Of a DNA stretch of 63,440 nucleotides, positions 46,158 to 57,055 are shown one piece after another. A program made the position numbers and the translations under genes. Below the pieces are notes generated by a model. The model worked only from the letters and a program-made list of their open reading frames with translations, ran no database searches and had not been told where the DNA came from. How positions within the stretch are numbered: the stretch's first letter is position 1; every line of letters starts with the position of its first letter. Source of the stretch: a virus (Duplodnaviria > Caudoviricetes); the IMG/VR virus record IMGVR_UViG_3300047509_000062, positions 1-63,440 of that record. One strand, given 5' to 3'.

Positions 46158-49100
46158 ATGTTCCGGGGCTGGGCGTTTCTTGCCGGATTGTTGTGCCTGC
46201 TCGTAAGCCTCGCGGCTGATGGGCAAGTGGCTCAGACGGGGGATGTCACTATAGGGCATCCTCCGGTTTGGGAATTTAACGGCGTCATCGGCGATGCAGG
46301 CCCGCCCACAAATGGCATTCTGACCGGCGTAGGTGTCACAAACAATTCCGTCACCGGCTTCTGCCAGAACTCTCACCCCATCACGCAGCCATATGTAGAA
46401 TTATGCTTCGGCGTCACGGATTCCATCGGTCAGATCACGCTACAGGGCGTGAACGAAGCTACACCGGGAATGCAGCTCTGCATCAATGGAACATGCTATC
46501 CGTTGCCTCCTGCTGGGGGTGGCGGGGCAATTCTCAATGCTCGCCAGATCGTAACCGGCACGACGGATTCCGGCATCACTGCGGACGGCATTATCTTCTG
46601 GGACAGTGCCTCGACCGGAGCGAAGACAGAAACTCTCTACACCTGCAACGCGGGCACAAAAGGCTACAGCATAGTCGTCGCGGACGAGATCGGAACGGCA
46701 GGGACGTATCCTATCAATATAGTAGCCGCTGGAGGAAATACTATCTTCGGCGTTGCTCAGGCTCCAGTGCAGGCCAATTTCGGCAGTACGAAAGTCATTT
46801 GTGACGGCGTATCGAATTGGCAGGCGGTTCCTACGCCTCTCAATGCGGTATTCAACTGGATCAATATACAGGCTCCGGTTTACGGGGCGGTAAGTGACGA
46901 AGACGATTCCACGACCTGCACATGGACGGCAAGCGTCAAATCCATTACCTGCCCGAACAAGACATTCTCCGCCGCTAACGTCGGGCAAACGCTGGCAATC
47001 GACTACGCCGGTTCATCCTTCCATGCGTTCGTGACGAAATTCACGGGCTTCACAAGCACGCATGTCATGGCACTACAGGATGCGCCTACGACAGGCGGCA
47101 CGCTCACGCATGTCACAGCGTTCGGGAAACCTGCCGTGCAAGGGACCGGCTACACCATCGGGGCTACGCTCAGTCTCGTATGCGGGGCAGGGTGTGCGCA
47201 GATCAATCAGGCGCAAGGCGTCGTCAATGCGATAACGGCTGTCAGTGCTACGGACGCGGTTGCCGGTTCTGGTGGGACAGCATCCGCAACATGCGTTCTG
47301 ACCGGGACGACCGGAACAGCACTCGCGGGACAACTATTCCAAGCCAATGTGACGCTCAACGGCAGCGGCAACATGGGTGCCGGTTCTGTCATCAATTCCA
47401 TATCGCGACCCGGTGTTTACACCGCAGGTATGACCGATATTACCCAAGAGCCGGTTACGGCTGCATCCAACTGCGGCGCGCTCACGGGCGTAAAGCTCAA
47501 TGTTGTGATGGGCGTTTATAACGTCTATGCGAAAACAAGTACCGGCTTCTATTCCGCTCTGACATGCAGTGGGTCAACGGCCTATTCCACTACGTCCAGT
47601 GATTCCGGCACCGGGGCAACCGTCAACTGTAACACAATGCCTGCTGCGGCGCGTTGGGGAACGGATAACACGGCGGCATTTACGGCTGCCATGACGACGC
47701 AGAACACGTTTTCCGTTGCTCACACTCCGAACTGCATCTATCTCCCGGCGGGAAAGTATCTCACCAAACCGTTGAATGTGGCGGTGAACGGGTATGGCTG
47801 TGTTCTTGGAGATGCACAGTTTCAATCGACAATCTTTCTGATCCCAAACACGGCTGGCGATTTCTTTCAGGCTGTCGATTGCGGGAATAACGGCGCGCTG
47901 CAAAATCAGGGCGGCACATTCACCTATTCCGACGATGCGTTTCCCAACAAGGCCGGAAGCCGGTTTGCGGGGTTCACTATCATCGGCATGAGATCGTCCA
48001 GTACGATCCAGAACGGGCTTATGTTCGCCGGTCGATGCCAATGGGTGACGATAGACAACTATCAGACGTACTATGTGCGAGGACGGAGCATTGGCGTTGA
48101 GGGTGATGCAAGCGGTTCTCCATTCGGGAGTTTGCTGGAAACGGCCATCTCGAATACACGATTTGAGAACGGCGGCGATCCGGGAACGGTCGGTGCGAGC
48201 CCACAAGGCACGAACGGTATTCCGATGGTCGATCTGGCGGCTGTTGGGTCAACATCAGGGGCAAACAATCTGCACATTTGGGCCATGCGTATATTCCATC
48301 CGTTCGGTCCCGGCGTCGTGATCCGGTCATGCGCTGCGGCTGACAATGCACATCTCATTGTTCTGACGGATTCGCACTTTGAGCAGTCCGGGCAGGACGG
48401 GACTACGGCAACCGGCGACTTGCTTCAACTCGGGGACAATAACTGCACCGGCGAGACATTTCCGACCATAACCGGGGGAACGGTCGCCGGCACTGCCAAT
48501 CTGTCCGTTGCCGGTGTTACCGCAGCCAACAACACATTCAACAATATGATCGCTGGCTATGCGGCGATACATCTTGAGGGTATTACCGGAACCCCCGGAT
48601 CGACAAACGCAAACAATAACTTCAGCGGCAATATCGTAGGCACTGGGTCATCTCTCGGGGCCGGTATAAAACAGGATGCAGGCCGCAATAACTCATACAC
48701 GTTTTCAGAAAACGCCCCGTCCGACTACGGCATCATCTTTCAATCGACGCCGAACGCGAGTCAGAACGGCGCTAATAATTTCTATAACGGACTTGGTTTG
48801 GGAACGGAAGCCAACGTCAATGCCAATATCGAAGCGGCACTGCAGCCCACAGGAAACAATCCGGTTTCCTATCCAACATATACGACCTCGCCGGGACATC
48901 CTCTCGGGCAGTTTTATATCCAGACCGTTGGCGTAGCGAACGCCGCTGGCGGAAACAATTCTATGGTTGGATCAGGTGTTGGAGGATCGGACCTCGGTGC
49001 GAACTACGCAGTAGTCGGAACTAATATGGATTTCTACGCGGCTGGAGAATACTCGTCAGCGGCAAGTCCTGGCAGCCTTGTTTTCAACTGGAAGTTTGGT

Positions 49101-49415
49101 GGCCCGGTGCTTCTATCAACTACAGTTTCAACCCTGAAGGTAAACGCTACCGCAGTTCCGTGGAATATCGAAGGTCATTGCACATTCCTGACAATAGGGA
49201 CGAGTGCCACCGCATATTGCTGGGGAATGCTTAGGATTACAAATGCCGCAGGCGTATTGCTGAATGTGTTTCTGACGCCAACCGCAATCCCCATCACCGG
49301 ACTCGACACCACGACCATAGGCGGAACGGTGGAGGGCTTCACGACGCAGTGGGGCACATTTGCCACCGGGGATTCCATCATCGCCGACTATCTTGTGTGG
49401 TCGGTTCCAAACTGA
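46158..49415 (+). CDS. Tailspike-like protein with a pectate-lyase-type beta-helix and an N-terminal signal peptide
   Basis: AGGAGA RBS; MFRGWAFLAGLLCLLVSLAADG; YGAV.D...GTDNTAAFTAA...IYLPAGKY. Confidence 0.75.
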   Translation: MFRGWAFLAGLLCLLVSLAADGQVAQTGDVTIGHPPVWEFNGVIGDAGPPTNGILTGVGVTNNSVTGFCQNSHPITQPYVELCFGVTDSIGQITLQGVNEATPGMQLCINGTCYPLPPAGGGGAILNARQIVTGTTDSGITADGIIFWDSASTGAKTETLYTCNAGTKGYSIVVADEIGTAGTYPINIVAAGGNTIFGVAQAPVQANFGSTKVICDGVSNWQAVPTPLNAVFNWINIQAPVYGAVSDEDDSTTCTWTASVKSITCPNKTFSAANVGQTLAIDYAGSSFHAFVTKFTGFTSTHVMALQDAPTTGGTLTHVTAFGKPAVQGTGYTIGATLSLVCGAGCAQINQAQGVVNAITAVSATDAVAGSGGTASATCVLTGTTGTALAGQLFQANVTLNGSGNMGAGSVINSISRPGVYTAGMTDITQEPVTAASNCGALTGVKLNVVMGVYNVYAKTSTGFYSALTCSGSTAYSTTSSDSGTGATVNCNTMPAAARWGTDNTAAFTAAMTTQNTFSVAHTPNCIYLPAGKYLTKPLNVAVNGYGCVLGDAQFQSTIFLIPNTAGDFFQAVDCGNNGALQNQGGTFTYSDDAFPNKAGSRFAGFTIIGMRSSSTIQNGLMFAGRCQWVTIDNYQTYYVRGRSIGVEGDASGSPFGSLLETAISNTRFENGGDPGTVGASPQGTNGIPMVDLAAVGSTSGANNLHIWAMRIFHPFGPGVVIRSCAAADNAHLIVLTDSHFEQSGQDGTTATGDLLQLGDNNCTGETFPTITGGTVAGTANLSVAGVTAANNTFNNMIAGYAAIHLEGITGTPGSTNANNNFSGNIVGTGSSLGAGIKQDAGRNNSYTFSENAPSDYGIIFQSTPNASQNGANNFYNGLGLGTEANVNANIEAALQPTGNNPVSYPTYTTSPGHPLGQFYIQTVGVANAAGGNNSMVGSGVGGSDLGANYAVVGTNMDFYAAGEYSSAASPGSLVFNWKFGGPVLLSTTVSTLKVNATAVPWNIEGHCTFLTIGTSATAYCWGMLRITNAAGVLLNVFLTPTAIPITGLDTTTIGGTVEGFTTQWGTFATGDSIIADYLVWSVPN

Positions 49416-49425
49416 GGCAAGCGAC

Positions 49426-50205
49426 ATGATGAAGCGGCTAATTCTCTCCTTCTGTGCCTTCTGGATGATGGCTGTGCAAGCGGCGGCGCAGCAGCAAGTC
49501 ATTCCTATGGTCGTGAACGGGTCCAATCCGGCCATCAAATGCCAACTCAGTTCATCTTGCCCCATTCCAACCACGGCAAGCGGCTCATTCTCGTCTGCCA
49601 GCGTAGGAACAAACAACGCTACTGCTCCGGGGTCGTCCGACCAGATCGGCTCTCAGGACGGTTCGGGCAAATTGCAGCCCGCGAGTTCGACAAATCCGAT
49701 ACCAGCCACCGATGCCACCACGCACACCAATCAAACCGTTGTGCAGGCGGCTCCGTCTGCCGCAACTCCCGGCACGGTCAATTTCGAAGAGCCTGTCGAT
49801 GTCAACGGGGCGCAGCCGAATTATAGCACGCCTGTAGGCACCTATCCAACGCCTCAGACGGCATCGACGGCAGGAATAGCCGAAGGAGCCTCAACGTCTG
49901 TCGAATCAGGTCATGCGATCAAGGGCAGCGCCGGAATGCGTTACGACATTCAGGTGACTGCGGGAGCCAGTGCAGGAAATTTGATGATCTTTAATTCGAC
50001 AACGGTTCCCGGAGACGGCGCAGTAACGCCAGTGAGATGCGTATCTGTTGGAGCCAATACCACCGTAGATATAGGCGCAAGCGGCGACCCGCCATCATAT
50101 CATTCGACAGGCATATCTGTTGCGTTTTCCACACCAGCAGGCTCGGCGGCTTGTCTAACGAAAACGGCCTCAGCAACCGCATTCTTCTCGTGGAAGGTGC
50201 AGTGA
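49426..50205 (+). CDS. Signal-peptide-bearing virion-associated protein
   Basis: MMKRLILSFCAFWMMAVQAAA-QQ; C-terminal MIFNSTTVPGDGAVTP..C...STGISVAFST domain. Confidence 0.7.
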   Translation: MMKRLILSFCAFWMMAVQAAAQQQVIPMVVNGSNPAIKCQLSSSCPIPTTASGSFSSASVGTNNATAPGSSDQIGSQDGSGKLQPASSTNPIPATDATTHTNQTVVQAAPSAATPGTVNFEEPVDVNGAQPNYSTPVGTYPTPQTASTAGIAEGASTSVESGHAIKGSAGMRYDIQVTAGASAGNLMIFNSTTVPGDGAVTPVRCVSVGANTTVDIGASGDPPSYHSTGISVAFSTPAGSAACLTKTASATAFFSWKVQ

Positions 50206-50819
50206 TGCGCGGTATATTCGCCCCCCTTCTGGCGGCTCTCTTTTGCACGTCGTCATTCGCAGACGAGATTTCGAACAGCGTCCCGATTCCTCTCCCGGCA
50301 ACTTCTGTATCAGGTTTAGCCGCTAGTGCCACAACCGATACGACTAATGCGGCCAATATCGCCTCTGGTTCCCTCCCAATCGGGCGCGAGATCGCCAACG
50401 CTACCTTTCAGGGCACAACCGTTACTGTAGCTCCGAACAGCACAAGCGTTTTCACGATGGGCGGGTTTACCGGGGCGCTCACTCCGACGCGAACCGGCAA
50501 GATTCTGGAATGCTTCTCGGGGTGGATTACCAATTCTGCCGTGACCGTCGATGAAGGGCTGATTATTCAGCTCTCGCATGGTACTGGAACCGCTCCGACA
50601 GCGAATGCGACTCTCACCGGCACTCAGGACGGGGCGCAGGTTACGGGCTCTATTCAGGTAGCCGCTACCGCTGCCGCCGATGTCAACATTCCAATAAGCA
50701 TGTGCGCAGTCGTGACCGGGCTTGCCATAAGCACTGCCATCTGGATCGATGTTGCATCCAAGGGCCTTACGAACACGACAAACACGCTTCACGGCACTCT
50801 ATCGGCTATTGAACTATGA
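50205..50819 (+). CDS. Signal-peptide-bearing fibre-like protein
   Basis: MRGIFAPLLAALFCTSSFA-DE; GLAASATTDTTNAANIASGSL fibre-like motif. Confidence 0.7.
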   Translation: MRGIFAPLLAALFCTSSFADEISNSVPIPLPATSVSGLAASATTDTTNAANIASGSLPIGREIANATFQGTTVTVAPNSTSVFTMGGFTGALTPTRTGKILECFSGWITNSAVTVDEGLIIQLSHGTGTAPTANATLTGTQDGAQVTGSIQVAATAAADVNIPISMCAVVTGLAISTAIWIDVASKGLTNTTNTLHGTLSAIEL

Positions 50820-52801
50820 GACGGTTTCTCGCTGCACTGTTGTTCGTATTCGCGGCTCTTCCGGCCTATGCCGCTGGCAACGACTGGCCCGCGCTGGAAT
50901 TTCATTTCGCCTACGACCCAGATGCGCTGGCGTATTTCAGCGCGCTTTCCTCGAATGGCTGCGCGGCTCCAAGTGGGCAATTCAAGAACGCCTTCAATAA
51001 TTACGTCATCGGCGAGAAGTCGAACGGGTTCTGGGGCACGCAGGCGATGGGGTATCTGTTTACCACGACAGATTCCTGCACGGCTGCGGTCAATATATAT
51101 CAGCCCGTCCTCTACAAGGTCACATGGAACGGCTCACCTACGTTCACGGTCGCGACAGGATTAAAAGGCGACTCTGCAACCATCGACGGCGATACGAATA
51201 TAAATGAGAACGCAATTCCTCTTCTGGCGCAGAACAATTCGCACATTGCGATATGGTCGGCGGCAAATCAGACCAATCTTCTTGGGCAGTCGGCAGGAAC
51301 GATAGTGCAGTTCTATTCGAACGGCGGCTCCAACAATCTTAACACCCGCTGCACTACCTCAACGACCGTCACGGACACAGGAGGCGGAACGGCGGGGCTC
51401 GGCTATTGCGACCGGACTGACTCGGCACATGTGACGACCGGCAAGAACGGCATTGTCCTGTCCAATAATGTCGCCAGCACGTCCGTAGCCCCACAAGCGC
51501 AGCACATGCTGATTTGCCGTAGCGCTGCGGTATTTTGCGCAAGCACTGCGAATATCCTGTTCGTGGAAGTGGGAAGCGCAATATCGAACGAGCAGCTTCA
51601 CTATAACGACGTGAATACGATGCTCGCCGCCATCCAGACTGGCGCTCCTCCAAATCCTGACCAATGCAACGGCGTCGGCAGCGATCCATGCCTGCCGGCG
51701 TATTTCACAGGCTCAGGTGGGGGAACCAATCAGGCTACGGTTGTTGCCGGAACGCTTGCTGTCTCAGCTCATGCGCCATTGCCGAAAGACAACACGATAG
51801 ACCAGACGACGTTCAAGTTCTTCCCGGCCACGATGTTCGAGGGCTCAAACCCGCGTTCCAATGCGAACAGCACCTATTTGAACGGCGGCGGCGTCGGATA
51901 TTTCTCATGGGCGTATCGCAGCAATGGTGTTGATGCCACGCGGGTTGTCACGCCGAATCCTGTAACGCCTATTCAATACTACACGACCGGCGGCAAGAAC
52001 TATCAATGTCTCGTGCCGATGAGTTCGATTGCAAAAGCGGACGCCGCCACCCAAGCGCGAATCGCATGGGCTATCGGCTATCCGGCGCACGATGTCAGCG
52101 GCTTCGGCTATCTCGATCTCACAGAGGCGCAGGGAATCGCTGATGCGCATGTGCTGTTCTATGATTCGGTCGATGGAACACCTAACCTCGCGGACCAAAT
52201 CCAGACGCTATGCACGGATATCACTACCTATCCCGGCTATGCGGCACTCCCTAATGATTACGTCGTACTGCCATACGGGCAGCTCTCGACGCTCTCGACC
52301 ACACCGAAAGATGTCATGGTCGATTGGGAAGTGCAGGAAGGTCATACGTGCGCACAGACGACGGCGCAGATGACAAAGCTCGCATCCATCGTGCATTCGA
52401 AGAGCATGAACTTCGTCGTCTATACCAATCCTCTGGATGCTGGAACATCGCCCTATAACGGCTGGTGTTTGAATGGAGCGGCGGGGGCCAATCTCGATAC
52501 CGTACAGGCGCTGGTCGATTACTTCGGCATCATGTTGTTAGACGGTAACAAGATTGGCACGGTTCAACAGGAACTCGCCTACGCAGTGGCCGGATTTTCG
52601 AGCATCAACTATGCGAAGACCATGCTTATCCCACTTATCAACAAGATCACGGTCTCGGATGCGACCTATCTCCGAAGCCAGATCGTCGCCAACAGCATCG
52701 GTCGCGTCGATATATTCCTGAACGGGGCGATACCGGGAGGCCAATGCTCACGTCCCACGAACGAGAAGATCGGAACTCTTATCGGGATAGCGACGTGCTG
52801 A
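50816..52801 (+). CDS. Signal-peptide-bearing Cys-rich multidomain protein
   Basis: MRRFLAALLFVFAALPAYA-AG; many Cys; the C-terminal part (VMVDWE) may be glycoside-hydrolase-like (uncertain). Confidence 0.7.
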   Translation: MRRFLAALLFVFAALPAYAAGNDWPALEFHFAYDPDALAYFSALSSNGCAAPSGQFKNAFNNYVIGEKSNGFWGTQAMGYLFTTTDSCTAAVNIYQPVLYKVTWNGSPTFTVATGLKGDSATIDGDTNINENAIPLLAQNNSHIAIWSAANQTNLLGQSAGTIVQFYSNGGSNNLNTRCTTSTTVTDTGGGTAGLGYCDRTDSAHVTTGKNGIVLSNNVASTSVAPQAQHMLICRSAAVFCASTANILFVEVGSAISNEQLHYNDVNTMLAAIQTGAPPNPDQCNGVGSDPCLPAYFTGSGGGTNQATVVAGTLAVSAHAPLPKDNTIDQTTFKFFPATMFEGSNPRSNANSTYLNGGGVGYFSWAYRSNGVDATRVVTPNPVTPIQYYTTGGKNYQCLVPMSSIAKADAATQARIAWAIGYPAHDVSGFGYLDLTEAQGIADAHVLFYDSVDGTPNLADQIQTLCTDITTYPGYAALPNDYVVLPYGQLSTLSTTPKDVMVDWEVQEGHTCAQTTAQMTKLASIVHSKSMNFVVYTNPLDAGTSPYNGWCLNGAAGANLDTVQALVDYFGIMLLDGNKIGTVQQELAYAVAGFSSINYAKTMLIPLINKITVSDATYLRSQIVANSIGRVDIFLNGAIPGGQCSRPTNEKIGTLIGIATC

Positions 52802-52802
52802 G

Positions 52803-53231
52803 ATGAACCAGATTGCGATTGATTTTATCAAAGAACGGGAATCATGTCGGCTCGTAGCCTATGCGGATTCTGGCGGCGTGCAGACTATCGGCTGGGGCGC
52901 AACGGGGCCTGAGATATATTCTGGCACCGTCTGGACACAGCAGCAGGCAGATGATCGTCTCGCTGCCGATGTTGGGAAGGTCGAAAGCTCAGTGTCTGTG
53001 CTTGTCGCATCCGTTCGGCTCGGGCAGCATCAAATGGCGGCGCTGATTTCCTTTGCGTATAATGTTGGGGTCGGAGCGCTGAGTGGATCACACCTTCTGC
53101 AATTCGTTCTGGAGAAAAACTGGATCGAAGCTGCCAAGGCGTTCATCCAATGGGATCACGTCGGCAAGATGGAAGTCAAAGGGCTTTTGAAGCGCAGGCT
53201 GCTTGAGGCCGCGCTGTTTCTGGAGGATTAA
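52803..53231 (+). CDS. Endolysin, GH24 lysozyme
   Basis: E.C.L.AY.D.GGV.TIGWG.T, ALISFAYNVG, GLLKRR..E..LF. Confidence 0.92.
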   Translation: MNQIAIDFIKERESCRLVAYADSGGVQTIGWGATGPEIYSGTVWTQQQADDRLAADVGKVESSVSVLVASVRLGQHQMAALISFAYNVGVGALSGSHLLQFVLEKNWIEAAKAFIQWDHVGKMEVKGLLKRRLLEAALFLED

Positions 53232-53594
53232 ATGCCAAGTGACGGCCTACTCAAAGCAATTCTTCTCGGCCTCCTTCGCCAATTCGGCGGCTGGCTTGCA
53301 GGCATCCTCATTGCCCACGCTGGAATCACGCTCGCGAAATACGGGATTTCATCCGATACCGCAAGCCAGCTTGTAATCGAGGCCGTTGCCGCAATCGGCA
53401 TGACAGGGTTCGCCTTCGTCTATTCGGTAAAGGACAAATACGCGGTCGCCGGAAAGATCATCGATGTTGCGCAGACTGTCGCGAACGATCCGACGCTAGG
53501 CCCAAAGATCGCAAAAGCCGTGAACGCGGACATTCAGGGCAAAACGCTGCCGCCTTCGCAAACGCTTGTGCAACTCACCAAGGCGGTTCCGTGA
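53232..53594 (+). CDS. Putative holin
   Basis: Membrane protein directly after the endolysin. Confidence 0.55.
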   Translation: MPSDGLLKAILLGLLRQFGGWLAGILIAHAGITLAKYGISSDTASQLVIEAVAAIGMTGFAFVYSVKDKYAVAGKIIDVAQTVANDPTLGPKIAKAVNADIQGKTLPPSQTLVQLTKAVP

Positions 53595-53623
53595 GCCGCT
53601 GATTAACTCGGCAGGGGATACGT

Positions 53624-54118
53624 ATGTCAAAGCTAGACGCAAAGCATTTGAGATCAGTGCTTAATTATGATCCGATCACTGGATTGTTTGTTTGGCGAAA
53701 GAGTGGTGCTGGGCACCGAAGCAATTTCTTAGCCGGTAGTGACAAATCCCACCAGTACAGCAGAATCGCGGTTAGTGGGCACCTGTATTATGCCCATCGC
53801 CTTGCGTGGCTCTACATGACTGGAGAATGGCCGCCAAGTGATATAGATCACATCAATGGCATAAAAACTGACAATCGTATAAGAAATCTTCGTGTTGCAA
53901 CTAGAAGCCAAAATATTGCTAATTCTAGGACTGCGACGACAAACTCCTCCGGATTTAAAGGGGTGCATTGGGAAGCGGTACGCTCGAAATGGAGAGCACA
54001 GATAGTAGTTGACGGTAAAAGGAAATGGAGCGCTCGTTTTGACACTCCGGAGGCAGCGCACGCGGCATATATAGATGCCGCAGTAGAATACTTCGGAGCA
54101 TTTGCTAGAAGCGGATGA
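53624..54118 (+). CDS. HNH endonuclease with an AP2-like domain
   Basis: LNYDPITGLF.W, YAHRLAWLYMTGEWP..DIDHINGIKTDNRI.NLR, NSSGFKGV.W. Confidence 0.92.
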   Translation: MSKLDAKHLRSVLNYDPITGLFVWRKSGAGHRSNFLAGSDKSHQYSRIAVSGHLYYAHRLAWLYMTGEWPPSDIDHINGIKTDNRIRNLRVATRSQNIANSRTATTNSSGFKGVHWEAVRSKWRAQIVVDGKRKWSARFDTPEAAHAAYIDAAVEYFGAFARSG

Positions 54119-54119
54119 C

Positions 54120-55062
54120 ATGCCTGACCAGTGGAATTTCGACACATTCAAGGAATATGTGGATGAGGCTTTCGCTGCAAAAGACCTTCGGGACAGCCAG
54201 CGATTTGAGGCTCAGAAGGAAGCCCTCGCTGCCGCTCTCGCCGCTGCCGAGAAAGCCAATATCACTGCCCTTGCTGCTGCCGAGAAAGCCGTCACCAAGG
54301 CCGAAGTTGCCGCTGAAAAACGGTTTGACGCCGTTAATGAATTTCGGCGCACTCTGTCCGATATCGTTGCTACGTTCATGCCACGAGCCGAAACGATGGC
54401 GTTGATCGGGGCGCTTACGAAAGACGCGGACCTGAACAGGGGACGGCTCGACAAGATTGAGGGAAGCGGTGGTGGAAAGCACGATCTTGGCATCATCATA
54501 TTTGCTGTCTGTGCTGCGGCTTTCGGGTTTGTCAGTTCGTTGGCGGCTATTTGGACGATATTCCATAAATGAGCGATCGCGGCCCTCCTCGACCAAACGG
54601 CGACACGGAACTGCGAAAACTACAGCGCCGGCTTGATAAGCTCGAATACGACCTTGCGGACTTCAAGCAGCAGCATCGGGCCGATATGGATAGCGTAAGG
54701 CAAACCGTCGAATCCAAGGAGCGGGTTGTGGTGGCGCTCCACGAGAAAATTGACGAACTCAAGCGGTCTGGAAAGTGAACCAAGTGGCCGAGCAGAACAT
54801 TACCGAAAACGGCATGAGACGCGGCTTCGAACAGGTCATCACCTACCTCATTGGTGCCGGCATCGTCGGCATCATCATCTCGCTATGGGCGCTCAACAGC
54901 ACGGTATCCCGGCTTGACGACCGGACCCAGGTACAGGCTTCGGCCATGTCCCAGATGGCGCAGGACGTGAGCAAGCTCACAAGCGATGTGGGGGTTCTGA
55001 CGGGGCGGCTTGAGCAATACGCGAACGACAACCAGCGCCCGGAAGCGGCTAAGAAGCGATGA
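54120..55062 (+). CDS. Three coiled-coil/membrane lysis-region genes (54120-54572, 54569-54778, 54775-55062)
   Basis: Coupled ORFs with TM segments and coiled coils. Confidence 0.6.
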
Positions 55063-55074
55063 GCGAGTGCGGCA

Positions 55075-55760
55075 ATGCGCCTGACTGATCTTGATCCCCG
55101 CTGGCTTGTCAAAGATGGGAAGCGTGTCGGCTTTATGTTCAAATCTCCAAAGGTAGACAGTGGATATTTCCAAAGCTGCCTCTCGGTCGCTATGCCAAAG
55201 CGCGAGCAATTCCGATTGTTCGAGGCCGCTGTTGGCGAAGACGAGTATAAGGTGCAGCCGTGTAAGCCTGAATTTGCGTGGACAATCGCTGGCGGAATAG
55301 ACGCCGCTACGTTTGAGACGATGACTGTAACGCCTTCGCTAGACGGAAGTGCTGGCGGTCTCTGGCACGGCTTCATTACGAACGGCGAGATAAAATGAAA
55401 CTCTCCAACCTTGTGCCACACTGGATACATCCGGGCCAATGGTCCGCGCAATCTCCGCCGTTCTATATTGGTGTATCGTTCTTGTGCCCAAAGTGCTCGC
55501 CGAATGCTTGTCCAACATGCGGATATAATCTAAACAGACGAGTTGCGGTGTCTTTTTGGCCTCCCATTGATCCAGAAGAGAGCGAGAAGAAATATGGGAT
55601 CGAGCTACCGCACGAAGGATATGCAGAGCGCGTGCGAGGCGATACGTTCGCAACTCTGACGCTTGAACAGATAATTACTGTTCGTCATGAAAACCCGGAG
55701 CATACATTCACCTTCATGCTGCGCGACGGTGCTCTTGATGAACGTTTGGTGCAAAGATGA
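55075..55760 (+). CDS. Two tandem related small proteins (55075-55398, 55395-55760), DUF6527-like
   Basis: Shared M(R/K)L..L.P.W, G..F..PK, TF.T(M/L)T(V/L) and G at the end; TPSL...WHGFITNGEI in the first. Confidence 0.55.
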
Positions 55761-56970
55761 GCGATCCTGTACAAGTAGAGGCTACGGGGAACGCTTCGGC
55801 GGTCTCGATACGGCTTGTGGCGATGGACAAACCTTTTTTCATTGCCCTCGCGGTCACGCTCGCGATTGGCGCCGGCGTCATGGCGTTCTGGGCAGAACGC
55901 GAGGCGCGGCTTGCGGAATATTACGCAATCGATCTTGAGATGAAGATGGCTCAAGCGGGAATGCATCCGCCTCCCGATCCTTGGCGGAAGGACACAGGAG
56001 AGAAGAAATGAGCGGCGGCGGCGGAATAATTATCATCGGAGCGAAAAACAGCCAAGGGACTCCCATGTCCCCGACCCTGAACAATGGACCGGCGAAGGTG
56101 CAGAAGGTCATCAATCTGTGCGCCGCGTCCAGCGACCCGGACGTGATTGCGGTATGCAATAGCCTGCAAACGGCTGTCACTTACGCCGAGTCGTAGCCAT
56201 CGGGGCATCTCGCGCGTTGTGACATAGCGGGCCTTTGCGCCCAAGGAGCGTACTAGCCATGTCTCTCATCGGAATTATCGTTCTTCTCATCGTTGTGTGT
56301 GTTGTCATATGGGCAGCCCGCGCCATTCTCACCGCGTTCAACGTGCAAGACCCGATCAAAACCGTTGTTTGGGTTTTGATCGTCCTTGTATGCGTTCTCG
56401 CGTTGGCGGACCAGACGGGTATCCTTGGCGGCGGCGGCTTCCATCTTGGCAGGCTTGGCGGCTGCTCGTAGCCGTCTCGCAATCGTCGCGTTCGGGGCGT
56501 AAGGTGTGCCGATGGACCTTGACCATTTCGAGAAGCGCCTATTTCGCGCGCTCGACAGAATTGAAGAACTTCTCGAATGTCGCCGGCACAGGCCGCGCCG
56601 GGACATTTGCTACACTATCGCAGCCGGCCCAAAGGGATACACGACCATGTTGAATTTGGAACCCGGCGAATCCGGGACAGTCATCGCTACCTATCAGGAC
56701 ACGAATCAGAACCCTCCCGTGTCGCTTCCTCTGACTTCTCCGGCGAGCGCGACCGTGGACAACCCGTCCATCACGCTCACGCAGGTCAAGGATGGCACCA
56801 CGGACGGCATTGCGACTTGGACAGCACTCGCCGCTGTCGGATCGACCCCGGGGCCGTTTACGGTCACGAGCGCTGCTACAGGCCCCAATGGACCAATTCC
56901 CGGAACCTACGGCGGCGCGATCATGGCACCCGGCGATAATAGCGTGGTGATGTCCTCGACCGTCCCTTGA
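55757..56970 (+). CDS. Small late genes (55757-56011, 56008-56196, 56259-56471 two TM segments, 56506-56970 beta-rich)
   Basis: ORFs with RBS or coupling; hydrophobic segments. Confidence 0.55.
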
Positions 56971-57032
56971 CCCCATCGCCCGATGCTGCCCATGATGGCG
57001 CGGATGCAAACCCCTTAATCACCCCCAAACTG

Positions 57033-57055
57033 ACCCGCCGCGTTGGCGGGTTTTT
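57033..57055 (+). terminator. Rho-independent terminator
   Basis: ACCCGCC-GCGTT-GGCGGGT followed by a T run. Confidence 0.8.

Noticed and set aside
46158-52801. Diversity-generating retroelement or invertible tail-fibre cassette
   Set aside because: No reverse transcriptase, invertase or template/variable repeat pair seen.
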